Positions 37,730 to 50,947 of a stretch of 64,000 nt of DNA are shown one piece after another. The stretch comes from Octopus vulgaris (Eukaryota), in NCBI GenBank assembly GCA_951406725.2, contig OX597829.1, positions 18,724,001-18,788,000 on the forward strand, in the 5' to 3' direction. Below the pieces are notes generated by a model. It was not told the DNA's origin, made no database searches, and was given only the letters and a program-made list of their open reading frames with translations. The position numbers were made by a program, and so were the translations under genes. Positions within the stretch are counted from its first letter, which is position 1. Every line of letters begins with the position of its first letter.

Positions 37730-38396
37730 CAAAGGGTTAAAGTGTCTAAAGGGTTAAAGTGTCTAAAGGGTTAAAAGTGTCTAAAGGGTTAAAAGTGTCT
37801 AAAGGGTTAAAAGTGTCTAAAGGGTTAAAAGTGTCTAAAGGGTTAAAGTGTCTAAAGGGTTAAAAGTGTCTAATGGGTTAAAAGTGTCTAATGGGTTAAA
37901 AGTGTCTAAAGGGTTAAAGTGCCCAAGGGGTTAAAAGTGTCTAAAGGGTTAAAGTGTCTAAAGGGTTAAAAGTGTCTAAAGGGTTAAAAGTGTCTAAAGG
38001 GTTAAAGTGCCTAAGTGGTTAAAAGTGTCTAAAGGGTTAAAAGTGCCTAAGGGGTTAAAAGTGTCTAAAGGGTTAAAAGTGTCTAAAGGGTTAAAAGTGT
38101 CTAAAGGGTTAAAGTGCCTCAGGGGTTAAAAGTGCCTAAGGGGTTAAAAGTGTCTAAAGGGTTAAAAGTGTCTAAAGGGTTAAAAGTGTCTAAAGGGTTA
38201 AAAGTGTCTAAAGGGTTAAAGTGCCTAAGGGTTAAAAGTGTCTAAAGGGTTAAAAGTGTCTAAAGGGTTAAAGTGCCTAAGGGGTTAAAAGTGTCTAAAG
38301 GGTTAAAAGTGTCTAAAGGGTTAAAAGTGTCTAAGGGGTTAAAAGTGTCTTAAGGGTTAAAGTGCCTAAAGGGTTAAAAGTGTCTAAAGGGTTAAA
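37730..38396. repeat. 17/18-bp minisatellite (aaagggttaaa[a]gtgtct)n, roughly 38 copies
   Basis: Directly visible; begins at the MITE end cagagtaatcagaatgccaaagggttaa. Confidence 0.95.
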
Positions 38397-38486
38397 AAAT
38401 TGGGTATTATTCTGTACATCATGAAGGTGCTCACAAAAAGGACCAGTTAGCTGATGCCTAGTTTTACCTACATATGAAGAATATGT

Positions 38487-39180
38487 TTGGTTTAATGGTT
38501 AGGGTATTGGACTCCTAATTGTAAGGTTGTGGTTTTAATTCCTGAATTAGGCAATGCATTGTGTTCTTGAGCAAAACACTTCATTTCACTTTATTTACAT
38601 TATTTACATTTGACGGATATTTCTCCTCATCTTGTTTGTCGTTAACACAACGTTTTGGCTGATATACCCTCTAGCCTTCATCAGGTGTCTTGGGGAAATT
38701 TCGAACCTGGGTTCTCATTCCTAAGGTATTTTTCAATGCAGAATTGGCTGTGTGGTAAGAACCACTATGCCGTATGCCCATGGGCATACAGCATAGTTTC
38801 ATTGGTTATAACCCTTTAAGGTGGTGCTCCAGCATGGCTGCAGTCAAATGACTGAAACAAGTAAAAGAACAACAACAACAACAACAACAACAATAATAAT
38901 AATAATAATATTAACATTGAAAAATACCTTAGGAATAAGAACCCAGGTTCGAAATTTCCCCAAGACACCTGATGAAGCCCGAAACGTTGTGCTAACAACA
39001 AATAAAATGAGGCCAAATATCTGTCAAGTGTAAATAATATACATAATTCCTCGTCTCTTAAATATAGAACTGTACTTCATTTCACATTCCTCCAGTCCAT
39101 TCAGCTGGCAAAAATGAGTAATCCTGTGTCGGAACAGCGTCCTATCCAGGGGTACACCAGAAAACCGGGAAACTAGTTTT
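38487..39180 (+). mobile_element. Old tRNA-derived SINE family D (possibly V-domain-like), split by a composite insertion
   Basis: Head tggtttaatggttagggtattggactc..tgtgttcttgagcaaaacacttcatttcac, resuming at 39074 with ..cctatccagggg; relatives at ~48810-49070 and ~50030-50235 (minus). Confidence 0.55.
38590..39073. mobile_element. Composite Penelope-like insertion: inverted pair of hammerhead-bearing units, 12-bp TSD
   Basis: Units 38591-38738 (-) and 38915-39038 (+); acttcatttcac at 38578-38589 and 39074-39085; acac-CUGAUGA-a..-[G/A]AAAC-GUU-gug folds at 38645-38688 and 38965-38992. Confidence 0.7.
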
Positions 39181-39712
39181 ATGGTTTGTATGAAGTAAAG
39201 TGGATTAACCATAGAGAATTGTAAAGTTTCCATTTGAAACAATATTCAAGGTTTGTGAATGTAAAAATCAAAATGGTCATTCACATGGAATTTAACTTTT
39301 GGCTACTGTGTGCGTGTGCATGCAGGAATTATTAGTGGTACTGCTGTAGATGAAGCTCATGTTGTGTTTTTAAATGAGCTTGGTTGTGTATATAATACAG
39401 GGGAAAAGCAAGCTTTTGGGTAAGTGGTCATGTCGGCTTTTGTCTTGTTTAGGAAAAGAGAAGAGAGAGGAAAATTGGGAAAGGTAGGAGCTGTACAGGG
39501 GTTTGAGTAGGGTTCTCAACCAGTGTTTTACCTATAGATCTCTTTACTATTTTATTCATGTGGATCCCCTTAGCCATTCGATGTTTAAAAACTGGTTTCA
39601 TAGAAATGTCTTTCAAAATTCCCATTTTGTTTTTCACACATTAATTTGTGTAAATTGAACTATGTAAAATATTTAGAGAAAGAAACCTAGCCGTTTCTTG
39701 CAATAAATATAT

Positions 39713-39893
39713 TTAACCCTTTTGTTACCATATTTCTGTTGAAATATAGTAATTTTTATTTCGATTAATTTTGAAAATAACGATGAATTTAGTAAAATAG
39801 CCTGTTTAAAACATAAATTTACATAGAATTTTGATTAAAGGTTTTAATTTAGATCACTTTAACCCTCTTGTTACCATATTTCAGTTGAAATAC
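39713..39893. mobile_element. piggyBac-like MITE end fragments (duplicated terminus)
   Basis: ttaaccct.ttgttaccatatttc.gttgaaata occurs twice (39713 and ~39859). Confidence 0.45.
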
Positions 39894-40082
39894 AGTGTAT
39901 ATACACAATAGTACTGGTGTGGCTGTGTGGTAAGAAGCTTGCTTCCCAACCACATGATTCCAGGTTCAGTCCCACTGCATGGTACCCTGGGAAAGTATCT
40001 TTTATTATAGCCTCGGGCTGACCAAAGCCTTGTGAGTGGATTTGGTAGACAGAAACTGAAAGAAGCCCATTGTATATACATA

Positions 40083-40839
40083 TCTATAATATAAATCTTG
40101 TCCTGTGTGTGTGTAAAAGATTATAATGGCTATATTTTTTCCCAATTCGTACACTTTGTTAAATTTGCTTACAAATTTCTTATTTACTTTTGCTACGTTT
40201 TTTTACTGATAAAAGTAAGTTCAAAATTTACTGACAGAAGTAACTTCAAAAATTTCACTTAAATCCAAGCTCTTAATTAATTTCCCTAAAAATTTGCTAT
40301 TTACTTTTGCAACGGTTTTGTGTTTTCTCTTGTTAACAGCTTTTTTTCTGGTTCCTTTGATACTGGCTCTTTGGTTCACTGACAAATGTTGCTTCAACTC
40401 ATACAATTCCTTATTTTTTTGTAAAAATTTCTTATTTACTTTCTGCCTGTCCTATTAAGAAATCTAATTTCCGTTACCCAGTTATTTTCGTTGTTTACTA
40501 TCTTCTGCACCCATGTATTTCTGTAAGCGAATATAACCATGCCTAGAAGGAAAGTGTCAAATTTGTCTACAGATTCCTTGTCAATAAAGAAAGAGCTGTT
40601 TACATTTGACAGATATTGGTCCTCATCTTGTTTGTTGTTAACACAACCTTTTGGTTGTTATACCCTGCAGCCTTCATCAGGTGTCTTGGGGAAGTTTCAA
40701 ACTTAGGTTTTCATCCCTAAGGTATTTGTTTTTGTTGTTGTTGTTGTATGTGACACCTTGGGCAAGTGTCTTCTCATGGTCTCAGGCCAACCAAAGCCTT
40801 GTGAGTAGATTTTGTAGACAGAAACTGAAAGAAGCCCAT

Positions 40840-40881
<42 letters not shown>

Positions 40882-41771
40882 TCTCTGTCCAGGGAAAGAG
40901 AGACAGCTGCAGAAAGGGAAGCATACCAAGAAATGAACAGACTATGTACTACAAAAGCCAGAGCATCTCAAAGTGATGAACAGAGGTTTGCACAACTGAC
41001 AAGGAATAGGATCTCCACTGCAGAATGAAGAGCAGTTGCAACAGTTCAGAGAAGCAACTGCTATGAAGCAGCTTGCAATTATGATCCAGCAGTTCATTAT
41101 GCAGAGGACACTAGAGTTTCCATTGGTGCAATGGCAATTGAGTGCATACATTGTAAAGCAAGGAAGTGACCTGGAGAGACACTGGCACTGTGCTGCAGTA
41201 GTGGAAAGGTTAAACTCCCTGCAATCCCCCAACCTCCAGAGCCATTGAAGAAACTGTTGTCATCAACTGACCAAGAATCCAAGCACTTCCAAAACAAAAT
41301 TAGACAGTATAACGCTGCACTACAGATGACATCTTTTGAAGCCACAAGAGATTTAACTGAGCCAGGATTCATGCAAACTTTCAAGCCCCAAGGTCAGATT
41401 TATCATCAGATTGGCTCTTTATCATCGGATTGGCTCTTTATCATCAGATTGGCTCTCTACTACCTCTGTCAAATGAATCACCAGAATTGGCCATTCATTG
41501 TTTATAATCTGTACCTGTTTTTTGGTTACGAAATAAGCTACACAGAACGTGTTTTTGAACTATGTATATTTACTTTATATACATATGAGTTGAAAACTTT
41601 CTTTTTACACTTCACTTAACGTCTATATTACATGCTGGCATGGGTTGGAGAGTTATTAATGTAGAAAGTTAGTATCACTCAGCTACTGGCAGTTGAGACC
41701 TGTGTAATCTAGATGGCATTTTTAAATTTCATCATTCTCGTTAACCTGGGCAATGCTGGGTATTTATGCTA

Positions 41772-41772
<1 letters not shown>
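40083..41772 (+). mobile_element. Internally deleted Helitron retaining the Rep/Helicase N-terminal coding remnant
   Basis: A|TC start; ..cctgggcaatgctggg..CTAG|T end; HCKARK*PGETLALCCSSGKVKLP..PPEPLKKLL..SKHFQNKIRQYNAALQMTSF..GFMQTFKPQGQIYHQIGSL. Confidence 0.9.
40571..40860 (+). repeat. Local direct duplication (other copy ~43902-44195)
   Basis: Same agattccttgtcaataaagaaagagctg + Penelope-like unit + SINE junctions at both loci. Confidence 0.9.
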
Positions 41773-41815
<43 letters not shown>

Positions 41816-42551
41816 ATGTGTGTGTGTATGTATGTATGTATGTATGTATGTATTAGTGTGTGTCCCCCCCCCCCACCATCACTTAACAACTGATGTTGGT
41901 GTGTTTATGTCCCTGTAATCTAGCAATTCGGCAAAAGGGACCAACAGAATAAGTACTAGGCTTACAAAGAATAAGTCCTGGGGTCAATTTGTTTGACTAA
42001 AGGCAGTGCTCCAGCATGGCCACGGTCAAATGACTGAAAAAAATAAAAGAATAGAAGAATATATAGTTAATATAGTTGAAGGAATCGAGAGAATGAGATT
42101 GCAGTTTTACATTAGAATGTTAGGAGGAAAAGCAGATGTATAAGTCATTATCTATATATATAAAGGTAGAAATCTTACCATTGATAACTTGGAATTGTAA
42201 CAGAGATATTTGAGAAAGGTAAGAGAAATAAATATATCTGAGATGATGGAGGTAAATTTTAGAGACAGGTATGAGATTATTGATGACAAAAAATAAACAA
42301 CTAGGTTTGAATGATCTTAATTAAGTGCACACATGACAAAGTGCTGTTGGGGAAAGGAAATAGCCCTTCAAATTTAACTACATTACCAATATGTTACCCA
42401 GGTACAACTAGCTTTTTCTTTAATCTTCAGCCTACTTTCCCACCCCACCCTAACCTGAAACCCCCGCTTGAAAGAAACATTATTTGAAATCAAGCTCCAA
42501 CTTCAGCTGTAATGTTTCAAAGCTTTCATTTCTTATTATCTTGTACTTTTA

Positions 42552-42968
42552 TTATTTCTTTATTGCCCACAAAGGGCTAAATATAGAGGGGACAAACAAG
42601 GACAGACAAAGGGATTAAGCTGATTATATCGACCCCAGTGCATAACTGGTACTTAATTTATCGACCCTGAAAGGAGGAAAGGCAAAGTTGACCTCGGCGG
42701 AATTTGAACTCAGAGCGTAAAGACAGACGAAATACCTATTTCTTTACTACCCACAAGGGGCTAAACACAGAGGGGACAAACAAGGACAGATGAACGGCTT
42801 AAGTCGATTACATCGACCCCAGTGCATAACTGGTACTTAATTTATCGACCCCAAATGGATGAAAGGCAAAGTCGACCTGAGCGGAATTTGAACTCAGAAT
42901 GTAGCGGCGGACAGAATACCACTAAGCATTTCGCCCGATGTGCTAACGCTTCTGCCAGCTCGTCGCCT
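42552..42968 (-). mobile_element. SINE family B head-to-tail pair
   Basis: Partial copy 42552-42733 and full copy 42737-42968 with tRNA-like head ggcgacgagctggcagaa..gagttcaaattcc. Confidence 0.85.
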
Positions 42969-43446
42969 TACGAGTACCTCTTGTACTTTTCTAGGTTCAT
43001 CTAAAGAAGAATATTACTACTGTTGCATCTGCATTTTTCCTGCTTACATGCATTGCATGCATATATGTATGTATGTATGTATGTATCTACATATGTATGT
43101 ATGCACATATGTACGTATGTGTGAATGGATGGATATATGTATGCATGTCTGTATGGATGTCTGTTTGGATTTATGAATGTATGGAATTATGTATACATGC
43201 CTGTATGCATGTAGGGATGGGCAGATGGATGTGTTGGATGGATGGATGGATGAACAGATCTTTACCCCAGAGTATTTTTTTAACCACTTCCTATATATAT
43301 ATATATATATATATACTAAGTAATTAAGGGTTTAGCAACGATTTGCCTCACCACACACCGAATTTAGAAATAGCAGTCAAAAGAGTTTTGGCTATTCTTT
43401 CTACTTAAAAGGGAGATCCCAGTAAAACCATAGCACTTAAAAGGCA

Positions 43447-43489
<43 letters not shown>

Positions 43490-44324
43490 ACTAGAAGGGT
43501 CACCTCAGGCTTTTTTCCATAGCATCAGAGGAGATCTTGGTTTAGATGTGGACTCCAAGTAAAATGCGAAGAGTACTTATGACTTCTTAGATAGCTTACC
43601 GGTTCTGTAGTGATGTTTACATTGGTGTTAGCAACATGATTGTGTTAGCAACATTCCAACTGGTATAAAATATATTTTCAAAATCTGGTTAGAATAACGG
43701 TGCATTGGTAAGCAAATAGTGTTTCTCTTATTCATTATGGAAGAAATAAACCAGTTACTGATTTAGGTCGGAGAAGTCGGCATAAATGTAGAGGGAAAGA
43801 TTAAGAAAAGAAATCTTAAATGGTATTCTACACCTGCGCATGTGATGTTGATGGCACCAATATTCATATATATGTGCATGCTTCTAGTTAGTTATACTCC
43901 TAGATTCCTTGTCAATAAAGAAAGAGCTGTTTACATTTGACAGATATTGGTCCTCATCTTGTTTGTTGTTAACACAACCTTTTGGTTGTTATACCCTGCA
44001 GCCTTCATCAGGTGTCTTGGGGAAATTTCAAACCTAGGTTTTCATTCCTAAAGTATTTGTTTTTGTTGTTGTTGTTGTTGTTGTTGTATGTGACACTTTG
44101 GGCAAGTGTCTTCGCATGGTCTCAGGCCAACCAAAGCCTTGTGAGTGGATTTTGTAGACAGAAACTGAAAGAAGCCCATTGTATGTGTGTGTTTGTGTGT
44201 GCGCACGTGTGTGTGTGTGTGTGCATGTGTATGTGTGTGTCTGTGTTTGTTCCCCCTCCATCACCTGACAACTAATGTTCGGCGAAAGAGACCGTACTAC
44301 TATTCTATATCTATACATACTATA

Positions 44325-44721
44325 GGTGCAGGAGTGGCTGTGTGGTAAGTAACTTGCTTACCAACCACATGGTTCTGTGTTCAGTTCCAGTGCATGGCAC
44401 CTTGGGCAAGTGTCTTCTACTATAGCCTTGGGCCGACCAAAGCCTTGTGAGTTGATTTGGCAGATGGAAACTGAAAGAAACCCATCATATGTATGTATGT
44501 GTATATATATATGTGTGTTTGTGTGTCTGTGTTTGTCCCCCCAACATCGCTTGACAACTGATGCTGGTGTGTTTACGTCTCTATAACTAAGCAGTTCGGC
44601 AAAAGAGACCAATAGAATAAGTACCAGGCTTACAAAGAATAACTCCTGGAGGCGATTTGCTTGACTAAAAGGCGGTGCTCCAGCATGGCTGCAGTCAAAT
44701 GACTGAAACAAGTAAAAGAGT

Positions 44722-44763
<42 letters not shown>

Positions 44764-44918
44764 GACTTCTTTCACTTTCTGTCTACCAAATCCACTCACA
44801 AGACTTTAGTTAGCCTGAAGCCATGGAAGACACTTGCCCAAGGTGCCATTCAGTGGGACTGAACCTGGAAATATGTGGTTGAGTAGCAAGTTTCTTACTG
44901 CACAGCCATGCCTGCGCC
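44325..44918. mobile_element. SINE family A full copy (+) and adjacent 5' half (-)
   Basis: 44325-44721 (+); 44760-44918 (-). Confidence 0.85.
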
Positions 44919-45004
44919 TATTATTGATCTAAAATTGCAGCACGTGTTGTGTGTGTTTGTGAGTGTGTGTTTGTTTGTTTGTGTATGTATGTATATGCAT
45001 ATGT

Positions 45005-45035
<31 letters not shown>

Positions 45036-45511
45036 CTACCCCACATGCTCTCACCTCCACACGACCACCGTGCACATATTGGCACTTAGATCTTGTAAAC
45101 GGTAAACTTCCAGGATCCAGGTCTTAGTTCCTGATTTAGTTATTCTACATTTTACCAAGTCTATTATAAAAAGCAAGCAGCAACCATCTTCTTTTCTTTT
45201 CTCCTTCATTTCAAAAAACAAAAAAAAACAAAAGAAAGAACCTCAGAATTCAAACCTATGCAAGAAACCCTTAATTATATTCCTCCAGTTGGAACCATTT
45301 CCTTCCATTTACATTGTTTATTGCCCTTTTGAAAAGCATGAACACCATAAACTCTCATTCCTTTCATTATAAACTTCAAACAATTCACTTGTAACAATAT
45401 CACTTTAAACTGTAAGTGTGTCACTTTTTTTTCTCTCTTCCGCTTCTCTCTCTCTCTCTCTCTCATCCATAATACATCTATTTTTCTTTCCTCTTGTTAT
45501 TTATTCTTTAT

Positions 45512-45659
45512 CTTCTTCTTCTTCTTTTCTTCTTCTTCTTCTTCTTCTTCTTCTTCTTCTTCTTCTTCTTCTTCTTCTTCTTCTTCTTCTTCTTCTTCTT
45601 CTTCTTCTTCTTCTTTTCTTCTTCTTCTTCTTCTTCTTCTTCTTCTTCTTCTTCTTCTT

Positions 45660-45727
<68 letters not shown>
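45512..45727. repeat. (CTT)n(ATT)n microsatellite
   Basis: Directly visible. Confidence 0.95.
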
Positions 45728-46714
45728 TTCCATACCTCAAACTAATTTCCAAACATGTCGAGTCTGTGACCTAAATCTTCGGTTTCTAGTTGTGGCCATT
45801 TCAACTCACATCATTAATGTCTTCAAGAAAAGAACATTGAATATTGTGTAATATTGGTTCCTCACTCTTTTATTAAACTGAGACCTTGCGTGTATTCTAT
45901 GTAAGAATTATTCTTTACCAATTTTCCACCTTTGTTCTTTAGTATCTTCAATAATATTTTATTTTGTGTTCACTTCCATTCTCTTTGTTTTTATTACCTT
46001 TTTTTTGATCATCCATATTCTTTGTCTTTCTTCATTCTTCTTCATTTTCCATTCCTTGGTTTTCATTCTTCCATTTTAATTTTCTTCTTTCTGATCTATA
46101 TCTTCTTTATTATACTTCAATCTTTCTTAATACTCATTCTTCTTCATTCTTTTTTACTTTATTCTTTTTTCTATATTTTTGTGTTTCTTATTTACCAATT
46201 GCCATTCTTCGTTCTTCTTCATTTCTTACGTTTTTTCTCTTTATCATTCAGTCTGTCTTCAATCTTTCTCTTTCATTGTTATTCTTCAGACATCAATCAT
46301 CCTTTCTCCATCTTCCTTCATTCATCAAATTTCTTAATTAATTTTTCATTTCTTATTCCCCCGTTTCGTTTTTATATTCATTTATTTATTTATTTTTTTA
46401 TCTTCTTGAAAATTGGAAAGGAAACAGTTTAATTGCTTTTCCTTCATCCTGATAATCATTACTCTCACCAGAACTTGAATAATTGACCTTCTAGAATTCC
46501 TTCCATTACTTTTCTTCAGATATTTCATTGAACTAAACTATTGAGAAACTGACTGAAGAAATATTTCTATGAAGACGAAGTATTAATGGAATGGCTAAGT
46601 GAAGATGATATTGAACTAGCTGTGTTTATGACTTTCGGCAATGCACTAAATTCTATGTCTTTTAATTCAGCTGGTTGCAGGAGAAATTTGGTTGTATGAT
46701 AAGTTTGAAATACT

Positions 46715-47815
46715 AACCTTTTACCATTTACTTGCTTCCATCATTGGACTGCAGCCGTGTTGGGGTATTACCTCGAAATGTTTAGTCAAAGGAAATGATC
46801 TTAGTAACTTAACTTTAGCTTTTTTCTATCAATCTCTTTTGTTGAACTGCTAATTTACAGAGACATGAACCAGCATTGGTTGTCAAGTAGTAATGACAGG
46901 GAAAAACACAAAGAAACACACGCACGCGTGCGCACACACACATGCACACACACACACACACACATACATGACAGATAACGTTTTAGGTGCAGGTGTGGAT
47001 GTGTGATAAGATGTCTGTTTCCGAAACACATAGTCCTGGGTTCAGTCCCACTGTGTGGCATCTTGGATATGTGTCTTCTGCTACAGCCCCAAGCTGACCA
47101 AAGCCTCATGAATGGGTTTGGCAAGCAGAAACTTAAAGAAGCCAATTGTATGTATGTATGTATGTATGTATGTATGTATGTGTATGTGTGCATGCATGTG
47201 TATGTGTGTGTGTTCATGCATGAGAGTGTATGTGTGTGTGTATGTGTGTGTGCTCATGTGTGTTTGTGTCTGTTTGTCTTGACATCATGTGATGATGGCT
47301 GTAAATGAATATCACTGTCATATAGGTAGCATCATTTGTTACTATCATTCTTCCAAAAATATGTCATGCCATGGGAGAATATTTCCTTGCCTGGAAAACA
47401 TTTGGAGAGGGGACAAATACAGTCACAAAAAAAAAAGAAACACAAACACACACTACACACACATACGATGGACTTCTTTCATCTACCAAATCCACTTACT
47501 AGGCTTTGGTTGGCCTGTGGCAGTAGTAGAAGACACTTGCCCAAGGACTGAACCTGAAACCATGTAGTTGGAAAGCAAGCTTCTTAATTCTTTATTGCCC
47601 ACAAGGGGCTAAACATAGAGGAGACAAACAAGGACAGACAAAGGGATTAAGTTGATTACATTGACCCCAGTGCAGAACTGGTATTTAATTTATCGACCCC
47701 AAAAGGACGAAAGGCTAAGTCGACCTCGGCAGAATTTGAACAAAATACCACTAAGCATTTCGTCCGGCAAGCTAATGTTTCTGCCAGCTTCTTACCACAC
47801 AGCTACACCTGCATC
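46715..47815. mobile_element. Cluster of degraded SINE A copies with a nested SINE B
   Basis: A(-) 46715-46960, A-like(+) 46985-47390, A(-) 47430-47815 interrupted by B at 47587-47790. Confidence 0.65.
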
Positions 47816-49177
47816 TAATTCACTCTCTTTCACACTAAAATCTAAGTTGGAGGACCTGTAATAAACCAGTGAACAATGGGTTCCAAGCAAATTCCAAAGT
47901 GTTGTAGAGACAAAATTTCTTTCTGGTAATTAATTTCGTTTGTTGCTAGACTATTAGCCTGTCTTTCTTTTGAGTTCCTTTTGTATTATCTTTTTGTGTC
48001 ATGAAGTTAGATCTACAAAAATAAATAAATAAAAATAAAAGGTGATTTTTTCAGTCAATGTATCCACATTTAATAGACAATTATATGTCACCTGAATAAT
48101 GCATTCAAGTTCTCAAACAATCAAATCTATAAACTAGCTATAAATTAAAAAGATATAATAGAAAAAAATTTCCAATTGTCTTCTTGTTTCAATTAATGAA
48201 CACTTATTAAACAATAATAATTCACATAAATACAGTATTCAAATTTGTAAATAATTCACTAATGCAAAAAAAAAAAAAATCAATGCTAAAACATCAATAT
48301 TCTTTGTTAAACTTTAATCAGATTTTGTGGTGGCAAATTGGTAAAATCTATAGTAATAAACAGGAAATTCTGTCTGTCTGGGTGCCTGCATCTCAGTCTA
48401 CATTTGTTCTACATAGACATATATCCTTTTGGAATCAGGATGATCTCAGGATTGAAAATCTGGCCTTTATTTGGTTCTGAACATCCAGCATTGGGATTAG
48501 GTTTGGATGAGGATTTGTTGTATGCTAACAGTTGCAATTCAAATTTTAAAAGAACTGAATTTATAGTAATACCATATTGGTTGGGTACCAATAAATGCTT
48601 TATTATTATTGTTGCTCTCTTTATTTTTGGGCCACATGCCCAATTAGCCCTCCACAGGAGCTAGCTTGAAAGTCCACACAAAGTGTGGCTTTTAAGTTCA
48701 TACTGAAAATTCTTGTCCTCTACCAAACACATCATATACTGTAGGGTTGGCCATAGAGCTACCATATGTTAGCACTATGAAGATACCATATGCATGTTAG
48801 TTCCATTATGAGCCGTAAGACTGATAAGGTTGGCATTTAACCCAGTTTCCGTTATGCACAAGTGACTGAGATTACAATGTTCTCCCCTGGATGGGACACT
48901 TGCCAGTCGCTGGGTTAACTTCCCTGTAACTGCTGGTACCTATATACAACTGAGTCAGCTGGGGCAATGTGAAATGAAGTTAAATCTGCTCAATAACATC
49001 CAGTCCAGGAATTGAAACCATGATCTTAAAATACTGAGTGCAACACCCTAACTCTTAGGGAACCACACCTTCATATGGATACCATTTATTAACATCAAAA
49101 TTGTGGGACCATACTTTTAAGTATGAAATCATCATTATCAAGAGTAATATGCTGTTGAGATAAGGAAAACCATAATT

Positions 49178-49482
49178 ATATTGTATTACTTTGAGGGTCA
49201 TTTTGCCAATGAACACACACACTAGTTGTAGTTCTTCACTTCAGTTTTATTGTTAATTAATCAATTAATTAATTTTTGATAAATTTATAATAAATTTTAC
49301 ATCACACTTCTGTAGTATTCATAATGACAATGACTTATTTCCTTTCATAGCAATGTGACGAAAAAATTTACGACAAACTCTTCAAGAACTAATCAATTGA
49401 CTTGTTAACTATAAAACTGAAGTGAACTATAACCAATGCATGTGTTAACTGGCCAAATGGCCCTCCCACAGTACAGCAATAT
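49178..49482. mobile_element. Degenerate palindromic (fold-back) MITE
   Basis: gagggtcattttgcca..ttcacttcagttttat.gttaa..tcaatt..aaattt..tcaca is mirrored by tgtgacgaaaaaattt..ataaaactgaagtgaa..tggccaaatggccctc. Confidence 0.75.
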
Positions 49483-49951
49483 CATTTTCAAATAAAAATT
49501 CTTGCAAAATTAAATTTAAAAAAAAGCATTTTCTCTCTTTAGTTTTTGTATATTAATTCAGATATTGTTGAAATCATATTTTCATTTCATGTTATAATTC
49601 ATAGTATCAGTACCAGTAATATACTGGTTTGAAATCACTAGATTTTTTTTGCTATTTTCCTCTTTTTTTTTTTTTATCAGAGTTCAAATCCCATTGCAGT
49701 CAACTTTGCCTTTCATCCTTTCAGGGTTGATAAAATAAAGCGCCAGTGTGGAATGGTGGATTAGAAGAATTGTCAGAAAATGAAATGTCTCATAGTATTT
49801 GATTTGGGTTTCTGCTCTCTCAAGTTCAAATCCAATTATGATCAAATTTGCCTTTTGTCCTTTCAGGAGGGGTGGGGGTCAATAAAATAAAGTACCTGTG
49901 GAGATTGGAGAATTGGCAGAAAAATTAATAGAACATCAGATGAGATTGGAC

Positions 49952-49997
<46 letters not shown>

Positions 49998-50533
49998 AGT
50001 CAAACAGAGACAGATCAGAGGTTCTTCCTAGGGTATAGGCTCATAAGGCTAGTTTCCTGGATTCTGTGGTGTATATATTCCCCTGGATGGAATGCTAGTC
50101 CATCACAAGATAACTCACTTTTGTCAGCTAAGTGAACTGGAGTGACATAAAATGAAGTGTTTTGTTGAAGAACACAATGCTTCACCCAATCCAGGGATCA
50201 AAACCACAATCTTATGATCCTGAGTGCAACTGCCTCTGCTCATCAGATGAAATTCCTTGTAGTATTTGGTCTGACTCCTTGTATTCTGAGTCGTTGGGTG
50301 ATTATATTTTATCAATCACCCACTTTAACTTCAACACTTGGTTCTTGGGTATTTTTACTGTAGCTAAGTAACACTGACATTAACCTTTGTACAGAGTGAC
50401 TGCTTTGAGAATAAGTTCGTTTTTACTTCTAACTAGCCCTGAAAGACCCTGAAAAATATCAGGTCAGGAGTGCTCTCTCTGTCCCCTATTCCTTGAGTAA
50501 ACAGCAAAACATAAATAAAGGAATAAATAAATA

Positions 50534-50947
50534 GGCATAGGAGTGGCTGTGTGGTAAGTAACTTGCTTATGAACCACATGGTTCCGGGTTCAGTCCCACC
50601 GCGTGGCACCTTGGGCGAGTGTCTTCTACTATAGCCTCAGGCCGACCAAAGCCTTGTGGGTGGATTTGGTAGACGGAAACTGAAAGAAGCCCATCGTATA
50701 TATGTATATATATATGTGTGTATGTGTGTGTATATGTTTGTGTGTCTGTGTTTGTCCCCTCACCATCGCTTGGCAACCGATGCTGGTGTGTTTACGTCCC
50801 CGTTACTTAGCGGTTTGGCAAAAGAGACCAATAGAATAAGTACTAGGCTTACAATGAATAAGTCCTGAGGTCAATTTGCTCAACTAAAGGCGGTGCTCCA
50901 GCATGGCCACAGTCACATGACTGAAACAAGTAAAAGAGTAAAGAGAG
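50534..50947 (+). mobile_element. SINE family A, full length
   Basis: Family similarity. Confidence 0.9.

Noticed and set aside
37730-38396. Telomere-like or CRISPR-like array
   Set aside because: Unit is not TTAGGG and there are no unique spacers; it is a plain minisatellite in eukaryotic DNA
49192-49465. miRNA precursor
   Set aside because: Too long and degenerate; better explained as a fold-back MITE
50534-50605. tRNA gene
   Set aside because: tRNA-like A/B boxes are SINE heads; no complete cloverleaf
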